A stretch of 64,000 nt of DNA, taken from the NCBI GenBank assembly GCA_965223735.1, contig OZ245010.1, forward strand, positions 276,924-340,923, read 5' to 3'. Within the stretch, counting starts at the first letter, position 1, and each line of letters opens with the position of its first letter. This document shows positions 19,107 to 29,000 of this stretch, piece by piece. The notes beneath the pieces were generated by a model. That model saw only the letters and a program-made list of their open reading frames with translations, searched no databases and was not told where the DNA came from. The translations under genes and the position numbers were made by a program. The DNA comes from Candidatus Oxydemutatoraceae bacterium (GTDB lineage: Bacteria > Pseudomonadota > Gammaproteobacteria > Poriferisulfidales > Oxydemutatoraceae).

Positions 19107-19675
19107 TGTCAACTATCGTTATAGCCAGAAAAGGCGGTTGCGCGTGCATCGCGGCGGATACGCTGACGAGTTTCGGCGAGTTGCGACAGCATTCGGCTTA
19201 TGAAAACAACGGCGACAAGATATTCTTCGACGGCGAGAATTACATCGGCATCGTCGGCAGCGCCGCGCACGAATTGGTGATGAAAAGCATTCTGTCCGAT
19301 CTCGAATATGACTTCAGTTCACGTGAAAATATTTTCGAGTCCCTGCGCAGGATGCACCCGCTTCTGAAAGACGAGTATTTTCTCAATCCCAAGGAGGAAA
19401 GCGACGATCCCTACGAATCGAGCCGTATGGATGCATTGATCATGAACGGCAAGGGTATCTTTGCGGTGTTCTCGCTGCGCGAGGTGTTCGAGTATTCAAA
19501 GTTCTGGGCGATCGGCTCGGGCGGCGATTTCGCGCTGGGCGCGATGTTTGCGCTGTACGGGCGGGACGATCTCGCCGCCGCCGCCGTCGCGCGTGTCGGC
19601 GTCGAGGCGGGGATTGAATTCAACAATGCGTGCGCGCCGCCTGTGACCTCTTATACCGTGAAGCTGGAAGCCTGA
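19106..19675 (+). CDS. Orphan HslV/proteasome-beta-like N-terminal-nucleophile hydrolase homologue (189 aa) embedded in the riboflavin operon
   Basis: MSTIVIARKGGCACIAADTLTSFG...NNGDKIFFDGENYIGIVGSAAHE...FWAIGSGGDFALGAMFALYG aligns end to end with HslV ([24 protein letters not shown]...NDKVIAGFAGGTADA...LIAIGSGGPYAQAAARALL). The start codon overlaps the ribD stop (TAATG) and the ORF ends 9 nt before ribE. No hslU is present in the window. Confidence 0.7.
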   Translation: MSTIVIARKGGCACIAADTLTSFGELRQHSAYENNGDKIFFDGENYIGIVGSAAHELVMKSILSDLEYDFSSRENIFESLRRMHPLLKDEYFLNPKEESDDPYESSRMDALIMNGKGIFAVFSLREVFEYSKFWAIGSGGDFALGAMFALYGRDDLAAAAVARVGVEAGIEFNNACAPPVTSYTVKLEA

Positions 19676-19684
19676 GGCGGCGCC

Positions 19685-20281
19685 GTGTTTGCGGGCATCG
19701 TCGAGGCACTCGGGCGGATCGCGCGTGTTGAGCGACGCGGCGCTGATCTGCGCGTCTCGGTTGAGGTTGACGGCGGGTTCGCCGGGCAGCTTCGGCGTGG
19801 AGACAGCGTGATGGTCAGCGGCGTATGCCTGACCGCGATCGAACTCGACGGCGTTTCGTTTACGGTTTTTGTTTCAGCGGAGACCTTGGCGTGCACGACG
19901 CTCGGCAACTGGAACGAGGGCGAGATGGTCAACCTCGAACGCGCTTTGCGCGTGGGCGGGCGTATCGACGGTCACTTCGTCAGCGGTCATGTAGATGCCG
20001 TCGGGCGTATCGGCGCACGAACCACCGACGCGCTCAGCGAGCGCTTTGAAATTGAAGCGTCGCCGTCTCTTGCGGTACTGGTCGTGGTCAAGGGCTCGAT
20101 CTGCGTGGATGGCGTGAGCCTGACCGTCAACGACGTGTCCGATACCAAATTCAGCGTGAATATTATCCCCTATACACTTGAAAACACGACTTTTTCTCTG
20201 CGCCAACCCGGGGACGCCGTGAATCTGGAAGCCGACTTGATCGCCCGCTATATCGCGCGTCATTTCGGGTTCCTCGGCTGA
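19685..20281 (+). CDS. ribE: Riboflavin synthase alpha chain
   Basis: GTG start. MFAGIVEALGRI...GDSVMVSGVCLT plus the internal repeat GHFVSGHVD...SLTVNDV make the two-lumazine-binding-domain architecture. Confidence 0.9.
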   Translation: MFAGIVEALGRIARVERRGADLRVSVEVDGGFAGQLRRGDSVMVSGVCLTAIELDGVSFTVFVSAETLACTTLGNWNEGEMVNLERALRVGGRIDGHFVSGHVDAVGRIGARTTDALSERFEIEASPSLAVLVVVKGSICVDGVSLTVNDVSDTKFSVNIIPYTLENTTFSLRQPGDAVNLEADLIARYIARHFGFLG

Positions 20282-20292
20282 GGGGTGCCACC

Positions 20293-21384
20293 GTGCCGAC
20301 TTCCAGCGTACAGGAGATCATCGCGGACGTCCGCGCCGGGCGCACCGTCATCATCGTTGACGATCAGCACCGTGAGAACGAAGGTGACCTGATCGTCGTC
20401 GCCGAGAAGACGACGCCGGAGGCGATCAATTTCATGAGCAAGTACGGGCGCGGGTTGATCTGCCTGACGCTGACGCACGAGCGGTGCAGGCAGCTGAATC
20501 TGCCGCTGATGGTCAGCGACACCGATAATCGTCTCGCGACGAACTTCACGCTCTCGATCGATGCGCGCGAAGGCGTCACGACCGGCATTTCAGCGCAGGA
20601 CCGCGCGCAGACAATCCGTACGGCGGTGGTCGCCGACGCGCGTCCGTCGATGATCACCCGCCCCGGGCATATCTTTCCGCTGATGGCGCAGCCCGGGGGG
20701 GTGCTGACACGCGCCGGGCACACCGAGGCCGGCTGCGACTTGGCGCGGTTGGCCGGGCTGGAACCCGCCGCCGTCATCGTCGAGATCCTGAAGGACGACG
20801 GCAGTATGGCGCGGCGCGACGACATCGAGGCGTTCGCTGCTGAACACGCGCTGAAGATCGGCACGATCGAGGACCTGATCGCTTATCGTATCGAGCGGGA
20901 GCGAACGGTTCGCTTTGTCAGGGGCGAGAAGATGAAGACCGGATACGGCGAATTCACGATGCATATCTACGAGGACGTTGTGAACCGCACGTCGCATCTC
21001 GCGCTGACTTGCGGCGACATTCGTCGCGATGAGCCGGTGCTAGTGCGCGTGCACGTCGAGAACACGCTGCACGATACGATCGGGATTACCGGCGGATCCT
21101 GGCCTTTGTCCGACGCCCTGAGGAAGATCACCGCCGAGGGCAGGGGGGTGGCGGTGGTGCTGAGATTGCCGGAAAAATATGCGGGCCTGCAGGAGCAGGT
21201 CGGCGAAATGTTGCAGGCCGACAGCGCGCGTGTGCGGAAGCCGATGGATCGCTGGACGCTGGGCGTCGGAGGCCAGATCCTGAACGATCTCGGCGTCGGG
21301 CGCATGCGCCTGATGAGTTCGCCGCAGCGTTTTCACGGCCTCGGCGGTTTCGGGCTGTCGATTGAGGAGTACGTCAATGAGTGA
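20293..21384 (+). CDS. ribB: 3,4-dihydroxy-2-butanone-4-phosphate synthase fused to a GTP-cyclohydrolase-II-like domain that lacks the zinc-ligand cysteines (RibBX-type)
   Basis: The N-terminal half is RibB ([39 protein letters not shown]). The C-terminal half is colinear with RibA, but the segment equivalent to ECLTGD...RCDCG reads [15 protein letters not shown] with no Cys. Confidence 0.85.
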   Translation: MPTSSVQEIIADVRAGRTVIIVDDQHRENEGDLIVVAEKTTPEAINFMSKYGRGLICLTLTHERCRQLNLPLMVSDTDNRLATNFTLSIDAREGVTTGISAQDRAQTIRTAVVADARPSMITRPGHIFPLMAQPGGVLTRAGHTEAGCDLARLAGLEPAAVIVEILKDDGSMARRDDIEAFAAEHALKIGTIEDLIAYRIERERTVRFVRGEKMKTGYGEFTMHIYEDVVNRTSHLALTCGDIRRDEPVLVRVHVENTLHDTIGITGGSWPLSDALRKITAEGRGVAVVLRLPEKYAGLQEQVGEMLQADSARVRKPMDRWTLGVGGQILNDLGVGRMRLMSSPQRFHGLGGFGLSIEEYVNE

Positions 21385-21874
21385 AGCGGGAGATACCGTG
21401 AATGACCTGCCGAAAATCGTCGAGGGCGATCTCGACGGGCGCGGTCTGCGCGTGCGCATTGTCGCGTCCAAGTACAACCGCGCAATCGTTGACGCTTTGC
21501 TCGAAGGCGCGCTGAAAGCGTTGCGTGCGCACGGTGTTCACGGCAAGGACATCATGGTTGTGCGCGTGCCCGGCGCATTTGAAATCCCGTTGGCGCTGGA
21601 ACAGGTTGGCGGCGAGTGCGACGCGCAGATCGCACTCGGTTGCGTGATCCGCGGGGAGACTGCGCACTTCGACCAGGTGGTCGGACAGTGCAGCCACGGT
21701 CTGCTCGATGCGATGGCGTCGCTCGGGATCCCGGTCGCGTTCGGCGTGCTGATGGTCGAGAATATTGAGCAGGCGCGTGCACGCGCGGGTGGCGTTTCCA
21801 ACCGCGGTGAGGAGGCGGCGCTCGCGGCCATTGAAACCGCCAGTCTGCTGAAGAAGATCAAGGCCGGTGAGTAG
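21377..21874 (+). CDS. ribH: 6,7-dimethyl-8-ribityllumazine synthase (RibH)
   Basis: LRVRIVASKYNRAIVDALLEGA...VPGAFEIPLA...HFDQVV. The start is ambiguous (21362, 21377 or 21395) and overlaps the ribBA end. Confidence 0.88.
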   Translation: MSEAGDTVNDLPKIVEGDLDGRGLRVRIVASKYNRAIVDALLEGALKALRAHGVHGKDIMVVRVPGAFEIPLALEQVGGECDAQIALGCVIRGETAHFDQVVGQCSHGLLDAMASLGIPVAFGVLMVENIEQARARAGGVSNRGEEAALAAIETASLLKKIKAGE

Positions 21875-22313
21875 TTTCGAAGGCAGGTCCGGGGATGACC
21901 CCGGGCGGCGGCGCGCGAACTTGAGCGCGCGGGGATGGGCGCGCCGTCTCGCAATGCAGGCGGTGTATCAGCAGAAAGTTGCGGGCCTGGAACTCGATGA
22001 AGTCGTTGTTGAGTTTCAGCAGGATGAGTCTTTCGTCAAAGCCGACGCCAACTATTTCATGCGGTTGATGCACGGCGGAGCGGAGCATATAGCGGAGATC
22101 GCCGAGCAAATCGGGGAGATCACGGGGTATGATTTTGAGTTGGTGGATCCGGTTGAACGCGCCATCTTACTCAATGCCGCTTATGAGATTCTGTTCGTGT
22201 CCGAAGTGGATAAAGCCGTCGCCATCACTGAAGCTGTGCGTCTTGCAAAACAATTCGGCGCCGGCGGGGGCTATCGCCTGGTCAACGGCGTGCTCGATAA
22301 ACTCAACGCCTGA
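21867..22313 (+). CDS. nusB: Transcription antitermination factor NusB
   Basis: ARRLAMQAVYQQKVAG...AVAITEAVRLAKQFGAGGGYRLVNGVLDKL. It holds the conserved position after ribH. Confidence 0.9.
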   Translation: MSSFEGRSGDDPGRRRANLSARGWARRLAMQAVYQQKVAGLELDEVVVEFQQDESFVKADANYFMRLMHGGAEHIAEIAEQIGEITGYDFELVDPVERAILLNAAYEILFVSEVDKAVAITEAVRLAKQFGAGGGYRLVNGVLDKLNA

Positions 22314-22414
22314 GTTTCGTCTGCCCGGCCCTTCGTGACGTTTCTGCAACTGTAAGACATCGACTTGTCTGAACTCGGCCGGACCCCGATATGAACCGCG
22401 TATAGACCCCGGTT

Positions 22415-23413
22415 ATGGATGAGCAAAGCCTGATCGAACGTTATTTTGTGCGTCCCGCCGATGCCGATGTCGTTGTCGGCATCGGTGACGACGCGGCGGT
22501 GCTTGCCTGCGACGCGCGCGCGGAAGTCTCCGGCGGACAATACTTGGTGGTGACGGCGGATACCCTGGTTGAAGGGCGGCATTTCAGCGTCGGCGCCGAC
22601 GCCAATGAGGTCGGACATAAAGCGCTTGCGGCCAGCCTCAGCGACACGGCTGCAATGGGGGCGACGCCGCGCTGGGCGACGTTGTGTCTGTGTCTGCCCG
22701 GCGCGGACGAGGCCGGGACTGAACGCTGGATCGCGAGGTTTGCGCGCGGGTTTTTTGCGTTGGCGCGGCGTTGGGAGGTTGCGCTGGTCGGCGGCGACCT
22801 GGTGCGCGGGTCGAGCCGCACGGTCAGCGTGCAACTGGTCGGAGTCGTTGATGCGTCGCGGGTCCTGTTGCGCTCGGGCGCGTGTCCCGGCGACGGTGTT
22901 TATGTGACCGGTGCCGTCGGCGACGCCGGCGTCGCGTGGCGCCGGAGTGACGCGTTGCCGGTGATGCCCGCCGGCGTCGCTGATGGCTGTCGCGCGAGAT
23001 TGCATCGCCCCGAGCCGAGGGTGGAGGAGGGGAAGGCACTTTCCTGTTTTGCTTCTGCAGCGATTGACGTGTCTGACGGCCTGCTGCTCGACCTGTCGCG
23101 TCTGGCGCGCGCAAGCGGTGTCGCCGTGCGACTCGAAGTTGAGCAGGTGCCGCTCGGCGAAGCTTGCCGATTGATCTGCCGCAAGCTCGAGGACTGGTCG
23201 CTGCCGCTGACCGGCGGCGACGATCACGAACTGCTGTTCACGATGAAGGATGACCGGCGGGTGGCGCTGGAAAGGGCGCTCGGCGGTCAATCCGCCACGG
23301 TGACCCGGATCGGGCGGGTGATCGATGAAGGCGGGGAGTGTTTGCAATGCACCTTTGAGGGGCGGCATTGGCCGCTGCCGGACCCATTGGGATTCGATCA
23401 TTTTGCTTGTTGA
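22415..23413 (+). CDS. thiL: Thiamine-monophosphate kinase (ThiL)
   Basis: IGDDAAVL...LVVTADTLVEGRHF...ALAASLSDTAAMGA are AIR-synthase-related family motifs. It sits in the nusB-thiL-pgpA synteny. Confidence 0.88.
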   Translation: MDEQSLIERYFVRPADADVVVGIGDDAAVLACDARAEVSGGQYLVVTADTLVEGRHFSVGADANEVGHKALAASLSDTAAMGATPRWATLCLCLPGADEAGTERWIARFARGFFALARRWEVALVGGDLVRGSSRTVSVQLVGVVDASRVLLRSGACPGDGVYVTGAVGDAGVAWRRSDALPVMPAGVADGCRARLHRPEPRVEEGKALSCFASAAIDVSDGLLLDLSRLARASGVAVRLEVEQVPLGEACRLICRKLEDWSLPLTGGDDHELLFTMKDDRRVALERALGGQSATVTRIGRVIDEGGECLQCTFEGRHWPLPDPLGFDHFAC

Positions 23414-23420
23414 AATAACT

Positions 23421-23479
23421 TCTGTTATCTTCTTCTATTTTCTGTTATAATTCAATATAATCTGTTATTTCCTGTTATT
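23421..23479. repeat. Four direct copies of TCTGTTAT (at 23421, 23441, 23461 and 23472) in an ~80-bp AT-rich spacer between thiL and pgpA
   Basis: ttcTGTTATcttcttctattttcTGTTATaattcaatataatcTGTTATttccTGTTATtttataatcg was read directly. The first three copies are spaced at exactly 20 bp. The local GC is about 25% against about 63% in the flanks. Confidence 0.8.
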
Positions 23480-23495
23480 TTATAATCGTTGACCG

Positions 23496-23972
23496 ATGCC
23501 TCCCTCCCTCCGATTGCTGCTCTCCGACCCGGCGCATTGCATCGCCCTCGGTTTCGGCGCGGGCCTGGTGCCGGTGTTGCCCGGCACCGCCGGTTCGCTG
23601 GTCGGCCTGCTGCTGTTCTTTGCCGTCCGCGATTGGCCATGGCCAGCGTATCTCTGGTTTGTCGCCGCCTGGGTCGTTGTGGGTGCGCTCGCGGCACATC
23701 GTTCAGCGCGGCTGCTGGGCGACAAGGACCCGTCGTGCATCGTCGTCGATGAGATCGCCGGGATGCTGCTGGCGCTGTTCCTGCTGCCGGCCGGGTGGGC
23801 GTGGCCGCTGGTCGCGTTCACCTTGTTCCGGGCGGCGGATATTTTCAAGCCGTGGCCAGTCAGTTTCGCGGATCGGCGCGTGCCGGGTGGTTTCGGTATC
23901 ATGCTCGACGATCTGCTCGCCGGCGCGTACGCGCTTGCCGGCGTACAACTGCTGAACCGCCTGAGCGCCTGA
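23496..23972 (+). CDS. pgpA: Phosphatidylglycerophosphatase A (PgpA)
   Basis: 158-aa membrane protein with GFGAGLVP.LPGTAGSL and VVDEIAGM motifs typical of PgpA. Confidence 0.88.
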   Translation: MPPSLRLLLSDPAHCIALGFGAGLVPVLPGTAGSLVGLLLFFAVRDWPWPAYLWFVAAWVVVGALAAHRSARLLGDKDPSCIVVDEIAGMLLALFLLPAGWAWPLVAFTLFRAADIFKPWPVSFADRRVPGGFGIMLDDLLAGAYALAGVQLLNRLSA

Positions 23973-23978
23973 TCCGCG

Positions 23979-25388
23979 ATGACGATCCGCACCCGCTTCG
24001 CACCCAGTCCGACCGGCTTTCTGCATATCGGCGGGACGCGGACGGCGCTGTTCTGCTGGCTGTACGCGCGCCGGCACCGGGGTGAGTTCGTTTTGCGCAT
24101 TGAAGACACCGACCGCGAGCGTTCAACCGACGCGGCGACCGCGGCTATTCTTGACGACCTTGCGTGGCTCGGTCTCGTCCACGACCTCGGCCCGTTCCGC
24201 CAGAGCGAACGCGGCGCACGCTATCGCATGGCGGTCGAGCGCCTGCTCGACGAAAACAAGGCGTACCATTGTTACTGCACGCGCGAGGAACTCGATGAAT
24301 TGCGCCGCGAGCAGCAGGCGAGGGGACAAAAACCGCGTTATGACGGACGCTGCCGCGCGCGCAAGGCGCCGCGCGCGGGCGTCGATCCGGTGGTGCGTTT
24401 CATGGCGCCCACCGGCGGCGTCGTTGCTTTTGACGACCTCGTGCACGGGCGCATCGGAATTGCCGACTCGGAACTCGACGATCTGGTGCTGTTGCGTTCG
24501 GACGGCACGCCGACTTATAACCTGAGCGTCGTGGTGGATGACGCCGAGATGAGGATCACGCAGGTAATCCGTGGCGACGATCACATCAACAATACGCCGC
24601 GACAGATCCGCCTGTTTGAGGCGCTGGGCGCGGCGGTGCCGCAGTATGCCCACCTGCCGATGATCCTCGACGCGGACGGTTCGCGGCTGTCAAAACGCAG
24701 CGGCGAGGCCGGCGTCGGCCGTTACCGCGAGGAGGGATACCTGCCGCAGGCGCTGCTGAACTATCTGGTACGTCTCGGCTGGTCTTCAGGCGACCGCGAG
24801 ATCTTCTCTCTCGACGAGATGGTCGATCTGTTCACGCTCGAAGCGGTGAACGTGTCGGCCGCGTCGCTGAATCCGGAAAAACTGAACTGGCTGAACGGGC
24901 ATTACCTGAAAACTTTACCGGCGTCGGAATTGGTGCCTTTGTTTGAAGCGCAACTCACGCGCGCCGGATTTACAGGGTATGAAGCGTCGTCGCAGCGGGT
25001 GTTCGAGGTCTTGCGTACGCGCTGCAAAACCCTCGGGGACATGGCCGCGGACGCCGCTTTCATTTATGCCGCCGACGGGGTGGTCGATGCGGGGCAGGCG
25101 GCGCGGTACTTGAAACTCGGGACCAGACCGATACTCGAGGCTCTGCTGGCGCGGTTTGAAGCGCTCGAGGTCTGGGATCAGAAGACGATACGGCAGGCGT
25201 TGGACGCCACGCTCGCAGCGCTCGGTATCACGATCGGCCGGCTGGGGCCGCCGTTGCGGTTCGCTATCACCGGCGGCGCCGCGAGTCCGGAACTGGCGGT
25301 GACCGCGGCGTTGATCGGGCGCGAGCGTTGCCTGGCGCGCATTAAAAAAACGCTGGAATCGATGCCCGATGAGCCCCGTGCCGGGTAG
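23979..25388 (+). CDS. gltX: Glutamyl-tRNA synthetase (GltX)
   Basis: RTRFAPSPTGFLHIGGTRTALFCWLYARRHRGEFVLRIEDTD is the HIGH region, and KMSKS is present as RLSKRSG. 469 aa. Confidence 0.93.
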   Translation: MTIRTRFAPSPTGFLHIGGTRTALFCWLYARRHRGEFVLRIEDTDRERSTDAATAAILDDLAWLGLVHDLGPFRQSERGARYRMAVERLLDENKAYHCYCTREELDELRREQQARGQKPRYDGRCRARKAPRAGVDPVVRFMAPTGGVVAFDDLVHGRIGIADSELDDLVLLRSDGTPTYNLSVVVDDAEMRITQVIRGDDHINNTPRQIRLFEALGAAVPQYAHLPMILDADGSRLSKRSGEAGVGRYREEGYLPQALLNYLVRLGWSSGDREIFSLDEMVDLFTLEAVNVSAASLNPEKLNWLNGHYLKTLPASELVPLFEAQLTRAGFTGYEASSQRVFEVLRTRCKTLGDMAADAAFIYAADGVVDAGQAARYLKLGTRPILEALLARFEALEVWDQKTIRQALDATLAALGITIGRLGPPLRFAITGGAASPELAVTAALIGRERCLARIKKTLESMPDEPRAG

Positions 25389-25414
25389 CGCCGGGCAGGT
25401 ATAAGGAGGCTGCG

Positions 25415-26077
25415 TTACAGACCCGCATCGCCGGGCGCGGCCGTTTCAAGCACGGTGATGCGCGCGAGGACGCCGAGCAGTGGGTGATCGAGGTAGTAGA
25501 GTTTGTTGTCGGTCATCACTTCTTTCAGGTGGATGAACACCGTGCTGCTTTCAGGAGATTCCTGTTCGGACGGTTCCAGATCAGCGAAGCCGGGCTCATA
25601 GAGCAACGTTATTGCGAATTGAAAATAGCGTTCGTACGACAGTTTCAGGGTGCCTTTGAGCAGGTTGTGGCGGCGCTCGGGTATCAATGAGATGTACAGT
25701 GCATTTTGCGGATCGTACACGGGCTGTTGCCACGAGACCTGGTGCAGCAGTTCAAACTTCTCGGACCGGCCCAGCTTTTCGATCTCAACGCTCAGTTTAT
25801 TTTCGCCCGGGATCAGGTGGGCGCGGTTGTCTTCGCCGTTGGTCTGTTTCTCGCTCGAAGAAGGAAACAGTTCGACGCTCGCCTGAATGCTGTCGCCGGG
25901 GTGGGGCGGTACATTCAGGATGTCGTTGATTTGCTCCGCAGAGGTTGTCGTGTGGCGGAAGATCAGCAGATCCACCCGACACAGCGTCGGTACCGGCTCC
26001 TGCGCCGGTGCAGGCATCGGTATCAGTAACGATATTGCCAGCGATAAGGCCGACGGCAACGGCGGGAATTTCCTCAC
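25415..26077 (-). CDS. Hypothetical secreted protein (signal peptide), function unknown
   Basis: 220 aa. MRKFPPLPSALSLAISLLIPMPAPAQEP is a signal peptide. The start is 4 nt downstream of the mfd stop (convention: minus strand) and overlaps it by 4 nt. No family was recognised by eye. Confidence 0.6.
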   Translation of the reverse strand: MRKFPPLPSALSLAISLLIPMPAPAQEPVPTLCRVDLLIFRHTTTSAEQINDILNVPPHPGDSIQASVELFPSSSEKQTNGEDNRAHLIPGENKLSVEIEKLGRSEKFELLHQVSWQQPVYDPQNALYISLIPERRHNLLKGTLKLSYERYFQFAITLLYEPGFADLEPSEQESPESSTVFIHLKEVMTDNKLYYLDHPLLGVLARITVLETAAPGDAGL

Positions 26078-29000
26078 GCGACTTCCCGGTAGCCGATCCG
26101 CCCGAGCAGTTCCAGTACCATTTCGCGCCGTTCTCCAATGTCGGTGGATATGGCGGTGTCAAACATGAATTTGTTTCCTCCGTCGAAACGATAGGTTTTT
26201 GGCTCGTTGCGGACCAGGGCGATCAGGTGCGTCGGGTCAATTTGCGGCCGGTCGCCGAAGTGCAGGCTACCGCTTTTTGACGAGACTTCAAGTTTTCGGA
26301 TGCCGAGTGCGAAGCATTTGAGCCGGATCTCCGCGTTGCTGAACAGATTGGAAGCGTAGTTGGGCATCGCCCCGAAACGATCGATCATTTCGTGCCTGAG
26401 GTCGGTGAGTTCCGCATCACTCGCGGCCGCCGCGATCCGGCGGTACAGCACCAGTCTGAGGTTCACGTCGGGGACGTAGTCTTCGGGGATCAGCGCCGGC
26501 TCGCCCAGGTCCACTTCGGTCACGATGTTCAGGGGTTTGTTCATGTCGGGGATCTTTCCCGAGCGCAGGGTTTCGACGGCGCGCTTGAGCAGGTCGTTAT
26601 ACATTGCGAAACCGATTTCATGAATGTGCCCGCTCTGGCCTTCGCCGAGCAGGTCGCCGGCGCCGCGTATTTCGAGATCGTGCGCCGCAAGCGTGAAACC
26701 GGTGCCGAGCTCTTCGAGCGACTCGATCGCTTCGAGCCGTTTGCGCGCGTCGTTCGGCAACAGCGCGTGCGGCCCGCTCAACGTCAGGTAGGCGTAAGCC
26801 TGATAATGCGAGCGCCCGACGCGCCCGCGCAGTTGGTGCAGTTGCGCCAAGCCGAAACGGTCGGCTTCGTTGACGATGATGCTGTTGGCCGAGGGGACGT
26901 CTATGCCGCTTTCAATGATCGTCGTACATACCAGCATGTCAAAGCGGCGTCGGTAAAAATCAAGCATCACGGTCTCGAGGTCGCGTTCGCGCATTCGGCC
27001 GTGGGCAAAGCGGATGTTCATGCCGGGCAGCAGTTTTTTCAGCCTCCCGGTCATCTCTTCAATGTCCTCGATGCGGTTGTGCACGAAATAAACCTGTCCG
27101 CCGCGGTGTAGCTCGCGTTGGCACACTTCGGACACCAGCGCGTTGCTCCATTCGCTGACAAAGGTTCTGATCGCGCGGCGGTCGGGCGGCGGCGTCGTGA
27201 TCAGCGACAGGTCGCGCAGACCGCTCAGCGACATGTTCAGCGTGCGCGGGATCGGCGTCGCGGTCAATGTCAGGACGTCGCTGCCGGCCGTCAGCGACTT
27301 CAGCCGTTCCTTGTGGCGGACGCCGAAACGTTGCTCCTCATCAATCACGATCAACCCCAGGCGCTTGCACGACAAGTCCTGCATCAGCAACCGGTGAGTG
27401 CCTATCACGATGTCCGCTGTGCCGTCGGCGAGGCTTGCGAGGATGCTTTGCTGGTTGCTGCGGCTGATAAAGCGCGACAGCATCTCAATTCTCACCGGCC
27501 AATCGGCGAAGCGCGAAGTGAAACTTTCAAAATGCTGGGTGGCGAGCAAAGTTGTCGGCACCAGTACCGCGACCTGATAGTTGTTGTACACCGCGTTGAA
27601 TGCGGCACGCATAGCGATTTCAGTTTTACCGAAACCGACGTCGCCGCACACGATCCGGTCCATCGGCCGGCGCCGCGCCATGTCGTCGCGGATCTCATCC
27701 ATGGCTTTCAGTTGGTCCGCGGTTTCCTCGTACGGGAATTTATCCGCAAACTCAAGATACTCGCTTTCTTCAATCGTGAAGGCGACGCCTCGCGCCGCTT
27801 CGCGGCGCGCCTGGGTGTCGAGCAGTTCGGCGGCGACGTCGAAGGCCTTTTGCGCGGCCTTTCTTTTCGCTTTCTGCCAGCGTTCGTCCCCGAGCTGGTG
27901 CAGCGGCGCAACGTCGGTGTCGCCGCCGGTGTAGCGGGTCAGCAGGTGCAATGAGGAAATCGGCACATAGAGTTTATCGTCGCCGGCATATTCCATTACC
28001 AGGAATTCGAACGGGGTGCCGCCGACTTCGAGGCGCTCGAGGCCGTGGTACCGGCCGACGCCGTGTTCTTCGTGCACGACCGGGCAGCCGAGCGTCAGGT
28101 CGCTGAGGTTATGGATGATCGCGTCGGCGTCGGGAGTGCGCCGCCGTGAGCTTCGCCGCGCCGGATCGCCTTTGCGGCCGAGAATCTGGCTGTCGGAGAC
28201 GACTGCAAGCCGCCGGTGTTCAAACTCCGCGCCGGTGTGGATGTCGCCAACACAGATACACAATGGTTCCGTGGCCGCGCGGAATTCACGCCAGCCGTTG
28301 ACGTCGTGCGCGTGGATCCCCGCCTTGCGCAACGTTTCCCCGAGTTGCTGGCGGTAACCGGGAGACCTTGCCGCGATCAGAACGCGGCCGTCGAAGCCAT
28401 TGAGAAAACGCCTGAAGTTCATCAACGGTTGTTTGGCGTTTTCCTGCATGAACAGCGCGGGCAGCAGGCGTGTACGGCCGTCGCGGGTATTGCCCGAAGT
28501 GTCTTCAAATGATTGGATCTCGACGTTTCTGAAACGCCGCATCTGTCTGTTCAGCAACTGTTCGGACAGGAACAGGCGCGCGGGCGGCAGTAACGGGCGG
28601 TCGTGGTCGAGTTGCGCCTGTTCGTGGCGCTGCACGATCAACCGCCGGTGTTCCGCGATATGGTCGGTGAGACCGTCGGGGAAGAAAATGACTGAATGGT
28701 CGGGCAGATAGTCAAATAACGTCGCCATCTGATCAAAAAACAGCGGCAGGTAATACTCGATGCCGCTGGGGATGACGCCGTTGCTGACGTCGTGGTACAG
28801 GCGCGTATCCGTGTCCTCGATCGCCGTGCGAAAGCGGCGCCGGAAATCCCTGACGGCTTCCTCGCTGAGTGCGAACTCGCGCGCCGGTTGGATCAGCACC
28901 GCATCCATCCGTTTTATCGAGGTCTGGTCGTCGGGGCTGAAAGACCGCAAACTTTCAATGCAGTTGTCGAGCAGGTCCACGCGCACCGGGAGGTCGTCGC

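Noticed and set aside
19676-20292. Expected FMN riboswitch (RFN element) upstream of ribB
   Set aside because: ribBA starts 12 nt after ribE and the HslV-like gene is coupled to ribD. There is no untranslated leader long enough to hold an RFN element anywhere in the rib cluster.
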